Assembly: GCA_951813285.1 (NCBI GenBank)
Contig: OX638355.1
Span: forward strand, 837,136-901,135
Length of the DNA stretch: 64,000 bases
From: Terriglobia bacterium
GTDB taxonomy: Bacteria > Acidobacteriota > Terriglobia > Versatilivoradales > Versatilivoraceae
Direction: 5' to 3'
Under the pieces are notes generated by a model. The model searched no databases, was not told where the DNA came from, and was given only the letters and a program-made list of their open reading frames with translations. Position 1 is the stretch's first letter. Each line of letters opens with the position of its first letter. This document shows positions 51,781-61,119 of the stretch, in pieces. The translations under genes and the position numbers were made by a program.

Positions 51781-52206
51781 ATGACTCTGCAAGAATTTCT
51801 GAATCTTTTTGTTCGATCCGCGGGCCTGAAGTTGTCCTTCGAGGTGGTGGAACGGGACGCTCAGGTCGAGGTGAACTTCACTGGAGAAGATCGGGGGATT
51901 CTGCTGGCTCGTTCGGCAGCCGTCCTTCAGGCCCTGGAGTCCTTGTGCAACCGCATGTTTGAACGAAGCGGCTTGCGAGTTGTTCTGGATTCCGAGGGAT
52001 ATCGTTCGGTGCGGACCGAGGAACTGCAGCTCATGGCGGTTACCGCCGCTGAACAGGTGAAGCGGCAAGGCCAACCCTTTCCCTTGAGCCCCATGTCTCC
52101 AGAGGAACGGCGCATCGTTCACCTGGCCGTGGCCGGAGACGAAGCCATCCGAACCGAAAGCGAGGGATACGGCGAAGACAGAAAGGTCGTAATCCACCCC
52201 AGATAG
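51781..52206 (+). CDS. jag: short Jag/KhpB-like KH-R3H RNA-binding protein
   Basis: PMSPEERRIVH...TESEGYGEDRKVVI R3H domain; position after yidC; no Jag_N domain. Confidence 0.88.
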   Translation: MTLQEFLNLFVRSAGLKLSFEVVERDAQVEVNFTGEDRGILLARSAAVLQALESLCNRMFERSGLRVVLDSEGYRSVRTEELQLMAVTAAEQVKRQGQPFPLSPMSPEERRIVHLAVAGDEAIRTESEGYGEDRKVVIHPR

Positions 52207-52250
52207 TCGGCAGAAGCGCACCCCCCGCGCCGCCTGGGCCGTGGCATCCT

Positions 52251-52314
52251 CTAGCCCGCATTTCTCACCAGGGCGCCGGATGCAAGTGAGAAGTGCCATT
52301 AAATCAACACTTGG
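52251..52314. mobile_element. partial copy of the GCCCGCATTTCTC miniature element
   Basis: CTAGCCCGCATTTCTCACCA at 52251, internal inverse GTGAGAAGTGC at 52286, AATCAACACTTG IHF-like motif. Confidence 0.5.
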
Positions 52315-52392
52315 CCGGCACTGTCGCCCTAAGCTCCCAGTTCTCTCCAAGGGCAAGACGCCTCGATTCTCAGAATCTGTCAAGCAGCAATC

Positions 52393-53766
52393 ATGCCCAC
52401 CTTGATTGACGACACCATCGCCGCCATTGCGACCCCCATGGGACGGAGCGGTATCGGGGTGATTCGCTTGAGCGGAGAGGATGCCCGAAGGATCGCGGCG
52501 ACGGTCTGTGGCTGTGGGAGCAACAGTCTGCGGGATCGCGCCACCAGCTTGCGCAGAGTCAGGCACCCGAGAACGAGAGAGGTCCTGGACCAGGCGATGG
52601 TGACCTATTTCAGGGCCCCAAGGTCGTATACTGCCGAAGATGTAGTGGAGCTCGGCTGTCACGGCAGTCCGGTGGTGCTTGAGTCCGTGATGGCAGTCCT
52701 GCTGGAATGCGGCGCCAGATTGGCGACGCCGGGCGAGTTCACCTTGAGAGCCTTTTTGCGAGGCAGGATCGATCTGGTGCAGGCGGAGGCGATTCGTGAC
52801 CTGATCGAGGCCAAGACCCTTTTTCAGGCTCGAGTGGCGCGCCAGCAGGCGGAGGGATCGCTATCCCGGCGGTTGAAGCCGATCAAGGAATTGCTGGTGA
52901 GGCTGATCTCGCTGCTGGAAGCCGGCATCGACTTTGCAGATGACGACGTGCCCGTTCTGGCGGAGGAGGCGATTCAAGAGCAGTTGGAGCCACTGGTGGC
53001 CGGGTTGCAGCAGTTGAAGGCTGGTTTTGGGCGGGGACGGTTGCTGAGTGCGGGACTAACGGTGGCCGTGGTCGGCCGCACCAACGTGGGCAAGTCTACT
53101 CTTTTCAATACGTTGGTCAATCAGGAGCGCGCCATTGTCAACGAGTCTCCCGGGACGACCCGCGACGTGGTTGCGGAAGAGGCTCAGTTGGGAGGGATTC
53201 CGGTACGATGGCTGGACACGGCCGGAATTCGCAGCTCGATGGATCCGGTGGAGCGGATTGGAATCGACAAGACCCGGGAGGTACTTGCCGATGCCGACAG
53301 GTTGCTGCTGGTGCTGGATGGATCGGTGGATCTCGCGGACGAGGACAGGAGGCTGTTGGAGGAGTTGAAACAGCAGGCCTGCTGCCTGGTCATCAACAAG
53401 ATCGACTTGCCTCAGCGGTTGCCCGGAGAAGGGATTGGGCCTGTCGAGGCACCCGTGGTCCGGGTTTCTGCCTTGACCGGTGAAGGGGTGGAAACCTTGA
53501 AGCAGGTGCTGCTTGAGGATCTGGGCCAAGGGAAGGTCACGCAGCAGGAAGGGGCCCTGGTCACCAATTTCCGCCAGCAGGAAAGGATTGGCGCGGCATT
53601 GAAAGCTTTGAAAAGAGCGGTGGGTGCCGTCGAGCAAGGGTTGCCGCACGAAGTGATTTTGCTGGACTTGCATGGAGCCTTGAGCTCGCTGAACGAACTG
53701 ACGGGAGAGACGGGGATTGAAGACATTCTGGGCCGCATCTTTCAAACCTTCTGTGTGGGCAAGTGA
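52393..53766 (+). CDS. mnmE: tRNA modification GTPase MnmE
   Basis: DTIAAIATP, PRSYTAEDVVE, GRTNVGKS, PGTTRD, DTAG, NKID, FCVGK. Confidence 0.97.
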   Translation: MPTLIDDTIAAIATPMGRSGIGVIRLSGEDARRIAATVCGCGSNSLRDRATSLRRVRHPRTREVLDQAMVTYFRAPRSYTAEDVVELGCHGSPVVLESVMAVLLECGARLATPGEFTLRAFLRGRIDLVQAEAIRDLIEAKTLFQARVARQQAEGSLSRRLKPIKELLVRLISLLEAGIDFADDDVPVLAEEAIQEQLEPLVAGLQQLKAGFGRGRLLSAGLTVAVVGRTNVGKSTLFNTLVNQERAIVNESPGTTRDVVAEEAQLGGIPVRWLDTAGIRSSMDPVERIGIDKTREVLADADRLLLVLDGSVDLADEDRRLLEELKQQACCLVINKIDLPQRLPGEGIGPVEAPVVRVSALTGEGVETLKQVLLEDLGQGKVTQQEGALVTNFRQQERIGAALKALKRAVGAVEQGLPHEVILLDLHGALSSLNELTGETGIEDILGRIFQTFCVGK

Positions 53767-53793
53767 ACCGGCGGAAACACCAGGCGGGGACTC

Positions 53794-55650
53794 GTGATGG
53801 GTAACAGCACGTTTCAAGACCATGATGTGGTAGTGATCGGCGGCGGTCATGCCGGCGTGGAAGCGGCGGTGGCGGCTGCGCGGATGGGCTTGGACACCGC
53901 GCTCTACACCATGAATGCGGACCTCATCGCTCAGATGTCCTGCAATCCAGCCATCGGGGGCATCGCCAAGGGCCATCTGGTGCGCGAGCTGGATGCGATG
54001 GGCGGCGTTATGGGAGAGGTGATCGATCGCACAGGGATTCAGTTTCGGTTGTTGAATCGCAGCCGAGGCCCAGCCGTGTGGTCGCCTCGAGCCCAGGCTG
54101 ACAAGCAGAGATATCGTGTCGCCATGCGGCGTCTGCTTGAAGGGGAGGCCCGCCTGGGTATCAAGCAGGCCGAGGTGGTGGAGATTCTGCGAGAGAACGG
54201 GCAAGTCACGGGAGTCGAGCTGGCAGATGGCCGGCGAGTGGGTGCTCGAGCCGTGGTGTTGACGACCGGCACCTTCCTGAACGGGCTGATTCATATCGGC
54301 GAGCGGAAGAGTGCGGCCGGCCGCAGCGGGGAATCGCCTTCAGTGCCGCTGGCCGAATCGATCAAGGGCATGGGTTTCGGTTGGGGGCGCATGAAGACGG
54401 GAACGCCACCGCGGCTGGATGGACGAACGATCGACTTCGGGTTGGCCGAGGAGCAGAAGGGGGATGAGCACCCCACGCCCTTCTCCTTTAGAACCAAGGA
54501 GATCCGCCAACCTCAGGTGGCCTGCTACATCGCCTACAGCAATGATCGTACTCACCAGGTCGTCCGGGAAAATCTGAGCCGATCCCCGCTCTATAGTGGA
54601 CGGATTCAGTCGATCGGCCCTCGCTACTGTCCCTCCTTCGAGGACAAGGTGGTGAAATTCCCGGAGCGGCCAAGGCATCAGATTTTTCTGGAGCCGGAAG
54701 GCCTCTCCACCAATGAGATTTATGTCAACGGCCTCTCCACCAGCATGCCGCCGGGTGTCCAGATGGAGATGGTCCGCTCCATCCGGGGCTTGGAAGAGGC
54801 AGAGCTGATCCGGCCGGGGTACGCCATTGAATATGACTACGTGGATCCGCGAGAGCTGTTTCCCTCCCTGCAAACCAAGCGAGTGGCCGGCTTGTTTCAT
54901 GCGGGCCAGATCAACGGGACCACCGGCTACGAGGAGGCTGCTTGCCAGGGGCTCATGGCCGGGATCAACGCGGCCCGATGGGTCCGAGGAGAGGAGCCGG
55001 TCGTATTGGGGAGGGACGAGGCCTATATTGGGATCCTCATCGATGACCTGGTTACCAAGGGAACCGATGAACCCTATCGTATGTTCACTTCCCGTGCCGA
55101 ATTCCGGCTGCAGTTGAGAATTGACAATGCGGATCGCAGGCTGACCCCGCTTGGCGGGAAGCTGGGACTGGTCGGGGCAGAGGCGCTGGCCGAATACGAG
55201 TCCAAGCAGAAGCGCATGGAAAGGTTGAGAGACTCTCTGAAGGAATTGCGAGTCCGGGTAGAAAGCGGCAGGATTTCCGCAAGAGAAGCCCTGAAGCGCA
55301 CGGAATTCCGCATTGAGCAGTTTGTGTCGGGGTTGCCCGGAGGCCTTCGGACCGACCTGAACCCGGAAGAAATGCGCAGCGTGGAGACGGAGATCAAGTA
55401 TGAGGGGTACCTGCGGCAGCAGAGAGCGGACATCGAAAAGATGAGACGGGCCTCGTCCAGGGTGCTGCCGGTGGATTTCGAGTATGGGAACATCGCCGGC
55501 CTTTCCCGGGAGATCGTGGAAAAGCTCTCCCGCATCCGGCCGGTGACCATCGGTCAGGCCAGCCGGATTCCGGGGATGACGCCGGCGGCGCTTTCCATCA
55601 TCCACGTCCATCTGGAACTCGAACGGCGCAAGAAGGAAGCGAGGGCATAG
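53794..55650 (+). CDS. mnmG: tRNA uridine 5-carboxymethylaminomethyl modification enzyme MnmG (GidA)
   Basis: [49 protein letters not shown]. Confidence 0.98.
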   Translation: MMGNSTFQDHDVVVIGGGHAGVEAAVAAARMGLDTALYTMNADLIAQMSCNPAIGGIAKGHLVRELDAMGGVMGEVIDRTGIQFRLLNRSRGPAVWSPRAQADKQRYRVAMRRLLEGEARLGIKQAEVVEILRENGQVTGVELADGRRVGARAVVLTTGTFLNGLIHIGERKSAAGRSGESPSVPLAESIKGMGFGWGRMKTGTPPRLDGRTIDFGLAEEQKGDEHPTPFSFRTKEIRQPQVACYIAYSNDRTHQVVRENLSRSPLYSGRIQSIGPRYCPSFEDKVVKFPERPRHQIFLEPEGLSTNEIYVNGLSTSMPPGVQMEMVRSIRGLEEAELIRPGYAIEYDYVDPRELFPSLQTKRVAGLFHAGQINGTTGYEEAACQGLMAGINAARWVRGEEPVVLGRDEAYIGILIDDLVTKGTDEPYRMFTSRAEFRLQLRIDNADRRLTPLGGKLGLVGAEALAEYESKQKRMERLRDSLKELRVRVESGRISAREALKRTEFRIEQFVSGLPGGLRTDLNPEEMRSVETEIKYEGYLRQQRADIEKMRRASSRVLPVDFEYGNIAGLSREIVEKLSRIRPVTIGQASRIPGMTPAALSIIHVHLELERRKKEARA

Positions 55651-55780
55651 CCGGCATTTCTCACCAGAGCGCGCCCCGCACAGTGTGTAACCGCAAGGCA
55701 TCCCAATCGGACCAACAAGTTGCTGAAAACAAATGACCTTTAATTATGAGTCCGGCGACTTGGAGAGAAATGCGGGTTAG
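55648..55780. mobile_element. 133-bp MITE-like element with 19-bp terminal inverted repeats
   Basis: TAGCCGGCATTTCTCACCA ... TGGAGAGAAATGCGGGTTAG (16/19 IR match); TAG at both ends, the left one being the mnmG stop. Confidence 0.65.
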
Positions 55781-55802
55781 GCATGGAAGGGCAGCCGGAG
55801 GT

Positions 55803-56447
55803 TTGTCCGAAGGTCAGGGAGTGGAGTCCCTTCTGGGCCGATGGGGCATTGAGTGTAAAGGGCTGACGGCGGCCAGGGTGGAAGCCTACCTGGATCTTTT
55901 GGAGCAGTGGAACCGGAAGGTAAACCTGACCGGAATCCGAGACCGGGCGCAGATACTGCGAGACCTGTTCGCGGAGTCGTTCCTGGCGGCCCCTTTGCTG
56001 GCCGAAGAAGCCGGGCCCCTGTTGGACGTGGGCTCGGGTGCAGGATTCCCTGGGATGGCATTGAAAATTTATCGGCCGGAACTCTCGGTTTATCTCTTGG
56101 AGCCTCGCGCAAAGCGGGCCGGCTTTCTGGAGACGGTTCGTCGCCGGCTGGGCCTGGAGGGCGTGTTTGTGATGCGCAAACGGCTGGAGGAGTGTCTGCC
56201 GTCCGATTTCGCCCTCTCCCCCCGCACGGTCACGCTGCGCGGCCTGGGGGCTGTCGGCGCCAAGCTGGCTTGCTGCGACAGGCTGATCCAGGGCCGGGTG
56301 AATTTGGTGCTGTTCACCACCAGGAGAATATGGGACGGGGAGGTCCGGCGATTGCCTGGCGTGGATTGGTCGGTTCCAGTCCAGGTTCCCTGGAGCCGCC
56401 AGCGCCTGTTGGTGCGTGGCGTCAGGGAAAACCAGTGTTCCACGTGA
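55803..56447 (+). CDS. rsmG: 16S rRNA m7G527 methyltransferase RsmG (GidB)
   Basis: WNRKVNLT, DVGSGAGFPG, EPRAKRAGFL; synteny. Start uncertain (55746 lies in the MITE; 55803 or 55821 more likely). Confidence 0.92.
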   Translation: MSEGQGVESLLGRWGIECKGLTAARVEAYLDLLEQWNRKVNLTGIRDRAQILRDLFAESFLAAPLLAEEAGPLLDVGSGAGFPGMALKIYRPELSVYLLEPRAKRAGFLETVRRRLGLEGVFVMRKRLEECLPSDFALSPRTVTLRGLGAVGAKLACCDRLIQGRVNLVLFTTRRIWDGEVRRLPGVDWSVPVQVPWSRQRLLVRGVRENQCST

Positions 56448-56451
56448 AACA
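56436..56451. promoter_or_regulatory. parS site 1
   Basis: TGTTCCACGTGAAACA matches the TGTTNCACGTGAAACA consensus; overlaps the rsmG stop. Confidence 0.93.
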
Positions 56452-56470
56452 TCGAGACAAAGTGGGTCAA

Positions 56471-56486
56471 TGTTCCACGTGAAACA
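56471..56486. promoter_or_regulatory. parS site 2
   Basis: Identical 16-mer starting 35 bp after site 1, upstream of parA. Confidence 0.93.
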
Positions 56487-56618
56487 TCGGGGCGGCGGAG
56501 GACGAATCGGTTGAGTTTTGCCGGTGGTTCTGTTAGTAGTTGGCTGCTTCCAACCTGTCCAGGCGGGAAGAGCTCGCACTCCGAACTCCTTCAGTTGTTC
56601 TGAACTCAAGGGACCCCC

Positions 56619-57404
56619 TTGGCGAAAGTCATCGCCATCGCCAACCAAAAGGGTGGTGTCGGGAAAACCACCACCGGCATCAACCTGGCCGCATCCCTGG
56701 CCGCAGCCGAGATGAAAACGCTGCTGGTGGACTGCGACCCCCAAGCCAATGCCACCAGCGGCTTGGGTTTTCCCAAAAGCGCCTCCAGAAAGAGTCTCTA
56801 TCACCTCCTCTCGGGAGAGATCCGCTGGCAACAGGGGGTGCTCCACACCGAAATGGAGAGGATGGACATTGTTCCTGCCGATCAGAACCTGACCGGTGCA
56901 TTGGTGGAACTGGTGGAGGTCGACCGTCGCGAGTTCCGCTTGAAAGAGGCGATCGAGCCCCTCCGCAGGAAATATCAATTTATCCTGCTCGATTGTCCCC
57001 CCTCACTGAATCTCTTGACCCTCAATGCTTTGGTGGCGGCAGACTCCATCCTGATTCCCATCCAGTGCGAGTACTTTGCCTTGGAAGGAGTGTCGGAGAT
57101 GTTGGAGACGATGGTCCAGGTTCGCCGGCAATGGAATCCGGGCCTGTCGGTGGAAGGGTTTCTCTTGACCATGTTCGATGAGCGCACCAATCTCAGCCGG
57201 CAGGTGGCCGCGGACCTGCGCGCCTTCTTCGCGGGCCAGGTGTTCCGGACCGTCATCCCGAGGAATGTCCGGCTGGCGGAAGCGCCCAGCCATGGGAAAC
57301 CCATCATTCTTTACGATGTAAAGTCCAAGGGAGCCGGCAGCTATATACAATTGGCTCTGGAGGTGATCGATCATGGCAAGAAAGGCGCTCGGAAGGGGAA
57401 TTAG
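56619..57404 (+). CDS. parA: chromosome partitioning ATPase ParA/Soj
   Basis: ANQKGGVGKTTT, DCDPQANAT, DCPPSL, QCEYFALEG, RNVRLAEAPSHG. Confidence 0.97.
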   Translation: MAKVIAIANQKGGVGKTTTGINLAASLAAAEMKTLLVDCDPQANATSGLGFPKSASRKSLYHLLSGEIRWQQGVLHTEMERMDIVPADQNLTGALVELVEVDRREFRLKEAIEPLRRKYQFILLDCPPSLNLLTLNALVAADSILIPIQCEYFALEGVSEMLETMVQVRRQWNPGLSVEGFLLTMFDERTNLSRQVAADLRAFFAGQVFRTVIPRNVRLAEAPSHGKPIILYDVKSKGAGSYIQLALEVIDHGKKGARKGN

Positions 57405-58221
57405 CGCGCTGCTGGGTGCGGCCAGACCCGAGGTGGATTCGAGCTTGCGAGAACTGGAGGTGGCATTGCTGGAACCCAATCCCTTCCAGACTCGAGAGAT
57501 CTTTGACAAGGACAGGTTGCGGGAGTTGGCGCGCTCCCTGGAGGTGAACGGATTCGTTCAGCCCATTGCGGTTCGCCAGGTCGGGGACCGTTTTCAGATC
57601 ATCGCGGGAGAACGGCGTTGGCGGGCGGCCCAACTTCTGGGGCTGCGCAAGATTCCGGCCGTTGTCAGGCCTCTTGACGACGACCAGTTGATGCAAGCCG
57701 CCCTGATCGAGAACCTGCAGCGAGAAAACCTCAATCCAATGGAGGAAGCCCGCGCCTACTCTCGCCTGGCCAACGAATTCGGATTGACTCAGGAGGAAGT
57801 TGCCCGCAGGACCGGCAAGGAGCGCTCGACCGTGACCAACTTTTTGCGGCTGCTAAGGTTGCCGGCTCCGGTGCAGCAGTTGGTCAAGGGGAGGAAACTC
57901 TCCATGGGCCATGCCAGGGCGCTGCTGGCCCTGGACGATCCCCAGGCCCAGCAAACCTTGGCTGCCCAGGCATCGACGCGGGGATGGTCGGTCCGGCGGA
58001 TCGAAAGGCTGATTGCGCAACAAAAGAAATCCACCGGGAAAACGAAGGAGAAGGAAGGGAAGGGGCTGGATCCGAATGTCAAGGCCGCCGCGGCCAAGCT
58101 GGAGACATCCCTGGGGACCAGGGTGCGTATCGTCCCCGACGGCAACCGCGGCCGGATCGAAATTGAATACTACTCCCAGGAGGAGCTGCAACGGCTCTAT
58201 CAGCGCTTGCTCACTAATTAG
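57373..58221 (+). CDS. parB: chromosome partitioning protein ParB/Spo0J
   Basis: ALGRGISALL, IIAGERRWRAA, IENLQRENLNP, HTH, GHARALL. Confidence 0.97.
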   Translation: MARKALGRGISALLGAARPEVDSSLRELEVALLEPNPFQTREIFDKDRLRELARSLEVNGFVQPIAVRQVGDRFQIIAGERRWRAAQLLGLRKIPAVVRPLDDDQLMQAALIENLQRENLNPMEEARAYSRLANEFGLTQEEVARRTGKERSTVTNFLRLLRLPAPVQQLVKGRKLSMGHARALLALDDPQAQQTLAAQASTRGWSVRRIERLIAQQKKSTGKTKEKEGKGLDPNVKAAAAKLETSLGTRVRIVPDGNRGRIEIEYYSQEELQRLYQRLLTN

Positions 58222-58933
58222 GCTCTGATCGTGCCGCGCGGGCGGGGCGAAACTCGGCGACGGAAGCCGGGATGGCCAGGTCCTGGACAAATTTCATTCG
58301 AAAAACCGTTCCGGCCGGCAGGCGGATCTCCCTGCCACGGGTCAGCAGGATCCCCACGATGGCCCCCGCGACAGGTCCCGCGATGGCAGCCCCCAGGCTG
58401 CCTGTCGTAATGGCGATCGGGAGAGATGCCATGGACCCGACCGACGCGCCCTGCTGAGCTCTTCCCAAATCGTGGCCGATGTCCCGGTTGGCTTGCAGCT
58501 TGCCTTCTTCGTCGGCTCGAATCTTCTCGTCCAGGAGAATATCGTCGGCTGCATCCACCGACACGGCGATCGGTTCGGTCCCGTAGTGTGTCTCCAACCC
58601 ATCCATCAGCGCGTATAGCTGGGCTTTCCCCTTGACTCTTCCAGGCCGCTTGACGAAAGTCACCCGCCCGGAGAGTTCCACGCCTCGAGGCAGCACGTGC
58701 TCCTCATCGATTCGCAGCGGCTCATACAGCGTCCAGTAGAGATGGTCGCCCTTTTCCGAGAGCTTGGTGCTGACCGGCGTCTGCAAGGAGGCTTTGAACC
58801 GGGTTCCGGCCTGAATGGTGAGCGTTTGCTCCGGCGCGGCGTTATGAGCGGAGGGGGTTTGGGCAGCCAGCCCCAGCGGTTGATGGAGGCCCAGCAGGAT
58901 TGCAAGAGCCCAAAGAGCGAATTCTCTTCTCAT
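58214..58933 (-). CDS. secreted TrbI/VirB10-like beta-domain protein with glycine zipper
   Basis: Signal peptide; IQAGT...LQTPVST...G.V..VKRPGRVKGKAQL; GAAIAGPVAGAIVG; LPAGT. Confidence 0.65.
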   Translation of the reverse strand: MRREFALWALAILLGLHQPLGLAAQTPSAHNAAPEQTLTIQAGTRFKASLQTPVSTKLSEKGDHLYWTLYEPLRIDEEHVLPRGVELSGRVTFVKRPGRVKGKAQLYALMDGLETHYGTEPIAVSVDAADDILLDEKIRADEEGKLQANRDIGHDLGRAQQGASVGSMASLPIAITTGSLGAAIAGPVAGAIVGILLTRGREIRLPAGTVFRMKFVQDLAIPASVAEFRPARAARSEPN

Positions 58934-58980
58934 GACGGTCTCCTGATGCTTCTGTGGCTGATTGGAAAAGGGTCCCGAGC

Positions 58981-59667
58981 TTACTTAAGTTCAATATCGA
59001 AATATAATAATTTTTGTTTTGTTCTATTGTTTTCTACGTCAGGAATAATTATTTTACAGCCGTTGAGGCGTGATTTTCTCGTCGGAAGCTGGAAGAAGAC
59101 AAAGCCCCAAGCCGTGGCCCTGGGGCGAATGCGGCGTTTGAGCGATTTTCGAATGAAGTCGGCCTCGATCTCGAAAGCCTGTTTTTCCAGACGGCTAGCG
59201 CCAATTCGGGACCCTGGCAGGGGAAGGGGGTTGAGAGGCCCCCGGCGACGGCGGGCTTGTCTCAGGACCATGTCGACCACTGCTTTGGGCGGCAGGGCCT
59301 GCAGAGACCCATATTCGGGATCCAGCAAGGTGATGCTTGCGCCGTCGACGGAAAGCGCGTCAGAGCCCTGGTTGCTGATGATGAGGTTGATCGGAACCAG
59401 GCCCAGCTTGGAGAGGCCCTTGATGTCGAAGGCGGTCCGTATCCTGGCTTCCGACGGACAGGGGTCGGCGGCGATGGTCACCGGCCCCTGGCTTTGACGA
59501 GAGGGGTAGTCTTCCACCGGGCCGACCTTGACGGCCAGATTCTTGTAGGCCCCCCAGGCCGACCCCGCCGGCAGCAAGCACCAGAGGCAGAGAAAAGAAA
59601 CCTGGCGGAGGGCGGTTCGTCCGTCCGGGCGGCGATGCGGCATTCCGATGGCCCCGCTCCCTTTCAT
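58981..59667 (-). CDS. hypothetical exported protein
   Basis: Signal-like FLCLWCLLPAGSAWG, globular-looking body, co-oriented with neighbours; start uncertain (59667 or 59643). Confidence 0.65.
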   Translation of the reverse strand: MKGSGAIGMPHRRPDGRTALRQVSFLCLWCLLPAGSAWGAYKNLAVKVGPVEDYPSRQSQGPVTIAADPCPSEARIRTAFDIKGLSKLGLVPINLIISNQGSDALSVDGASITLLDPEYGSLQALPPKAVVDMVLRQARRRRGPLNPLPLPGSRIGASRLEKQAFEIEADFIRKSLKRRIRPRATAWGFVFFQLPTRKSRLNGCKIIIPDVENNRTKQKLLYFDIELK

Positions 59668-59782
59668 GAGTCCAAGCCCGCATTTCTCCCCGGGTCGCCG
59701 ACAACCGGCGGGCTGGGGCTCCTCTTTCCTGATGCCGGGTTGGAGTTCCAGGATGCTTCATTATAACCGGTTCCGCACGAGG

Positions 59783-60625
59783 TCAGGGCAACGGGGCGTC
59801 CAGGCCCTGCAGAACGCCCTGCAGATAACCGATGGCCCTGGCCGCGGCGGTGCTTCCGTCGGGCCGGTATTGGAAGGGTTCCACCGACACCAGCCCCTCG
59901 TACCGGTGTCGCCGCAGGGCTTGCAGCATGGGGCCGAAGTTGAGGTCTCCCTGTCCCGGAGCCAGTCCGCCGGGATCGTTGAGGTGCACGTGGGCGATGG
60001 CCCCCGAGGGAAGCCAGCGATCCACCAGCTGCGGCAGGGAAGCCGGCTCCGAGTGGGACGCGGCCCGGGTGTCGAGCATGGTGCGCAGCGAGGGGTTGCC
60101 CACGGCCTCCATCATGTCGACGGCCGCGCCGATGGTGTTGATGAAGTTGGTGTCGTGCGCCGCCAAGGGCTCGATGCAGTAGAGGACGCCGGCTTGAGAA
60201 GCCCGGCCGGCGATGGTTGTCCAGAGATCGCGGGCACGATTCCAGGCTTCCAGGGGATCGTCGTCCGCCGCCACCTGGCGTTGCTTGGGAGAGCCGTGAA
60301 CCAGCACCCTGCCGCCGAGGTCGGCGCACAGGTCGACGAGTCGCTGGAGGAAATCAATGGTCGTCTGGCGGACGCCGGGGTCGGCAGCGGTGATCGACAG
60401 TCCCGGTGGTGTCAGAAGCAACCAGTGGAGACCGGTGATGGATATGCCGGCCTCGGCAGCCGCCCGGCGGAGCTGGGTCCGTTGGTCGGCCGAGAGGAGA
60501 TGAGGTTTCTCTCCCAGGGTGAAGGGCGCCAGTTCCAGACCGCTATACCCGAGCGCCGCGGCCTGTTCGCACTGGGCCGGGAACGTCAGGTCTCGGAGGA
60601 CTTCGTTGCAGAGTGCGAATTTCAT
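59783..60625 (-). CDS. sugar phosphate isomerase/epimerase (D-psicose/tagatose 3-epimerase-like)
   Basis: GYSGLELAP, IEPL, MLDT, HVHLND, VSVEPF metal ligands. Confidence 0.88.
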   Translation of the reverse strand: MKFALCNEVLRDLTFPAQCEQAAALGYSGLELAPFTLGEKPHLLSADQRTQLRRAAAEAGISITGLHWLLLTPPGLSITAADPGVRQTTIDFLQRLVDLCADLGGRVLVHGSPKQRQVAADDDPLEAWNRARDLWTTIAGRASQAGVLYCIEPLAAHDTNFINTIGAAVDMMEAVGNPSLRTMLDTRAASHSEPASLPQLVDRWLPSGAIAHVHLNDPGGLAPGQGDLNFGPMLQALRRHRYEGLVSVEPFQYRPDGSTAAARAIGYLQGVLQGLDAPLP

Positions 60626-60655
60626 CCAGGTTCTCCTTGGGGGGCGCCGTGCCTT

Positions 60656-61024
60656 CTACCTGAGAGCCAGTTGAAGGATGGAAAGCAGGCTGGCGCCCGT
60701 GAAGGGCTTTGGAAGGAAGAGGATGCAGCCTGAGGAAAAACTCTTCTGGAGCATGCCGGGCTCGCTGCTGGCAGTGATCGTGATCACCGGCAGGTCCTTC
60801 ATATTGGGGTCGGCTTTGATTGTTTCCGTCAACTCGGGGCCGTCCAGGCCCGGCATGAGCGCGTCGGTGATGATGGCGTCGAAACTCGATCGCCTCAATC
60901 TGTCCAGGGCCTGTCGACCATCGCCGGCCGTGGTCACACGGTAGTTCTTTTGGGTCAGAATCGTCTGGACCAACGCCAGAATATGGGGGTCGTCGTCCAC
61001 AACCAGAATGTGTTTGGGGTCCAT
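60656..61024 (-). CDS. single-domain response regulator
   Basis: ILVVDDD, ITDALMPGLDG, ITA, LPKPF. Confidence 0.92.
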   Translation of the reverse strand: MDPKHILVVDDDPHILALVQTILTQKNYRVTTAGDGRQALDRLRRSSFDAIITDALMPGLDGPELTETIKADPNMKDLPVITITASSEPGMLQKSFSSGCILFLPKPFTGASLLSILQLALR

Positions 61025-61119
61025 GGGCGGATTCGAGATGGGGGGGTGGGGCCGGGGAGCGGCCAAAGGAGGGAGAGCGGGCACCATTGTAGCCGACATC
61101 GCATGGGAAAGGGAGGAGA

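Noticed and set aside
58214-58933. TrbI/VirB10-like gene as evidence of a conjugative element
   Set aside because: No other T4SS, relaxase or integrase genes; looks like a stand-alone secreted protein.
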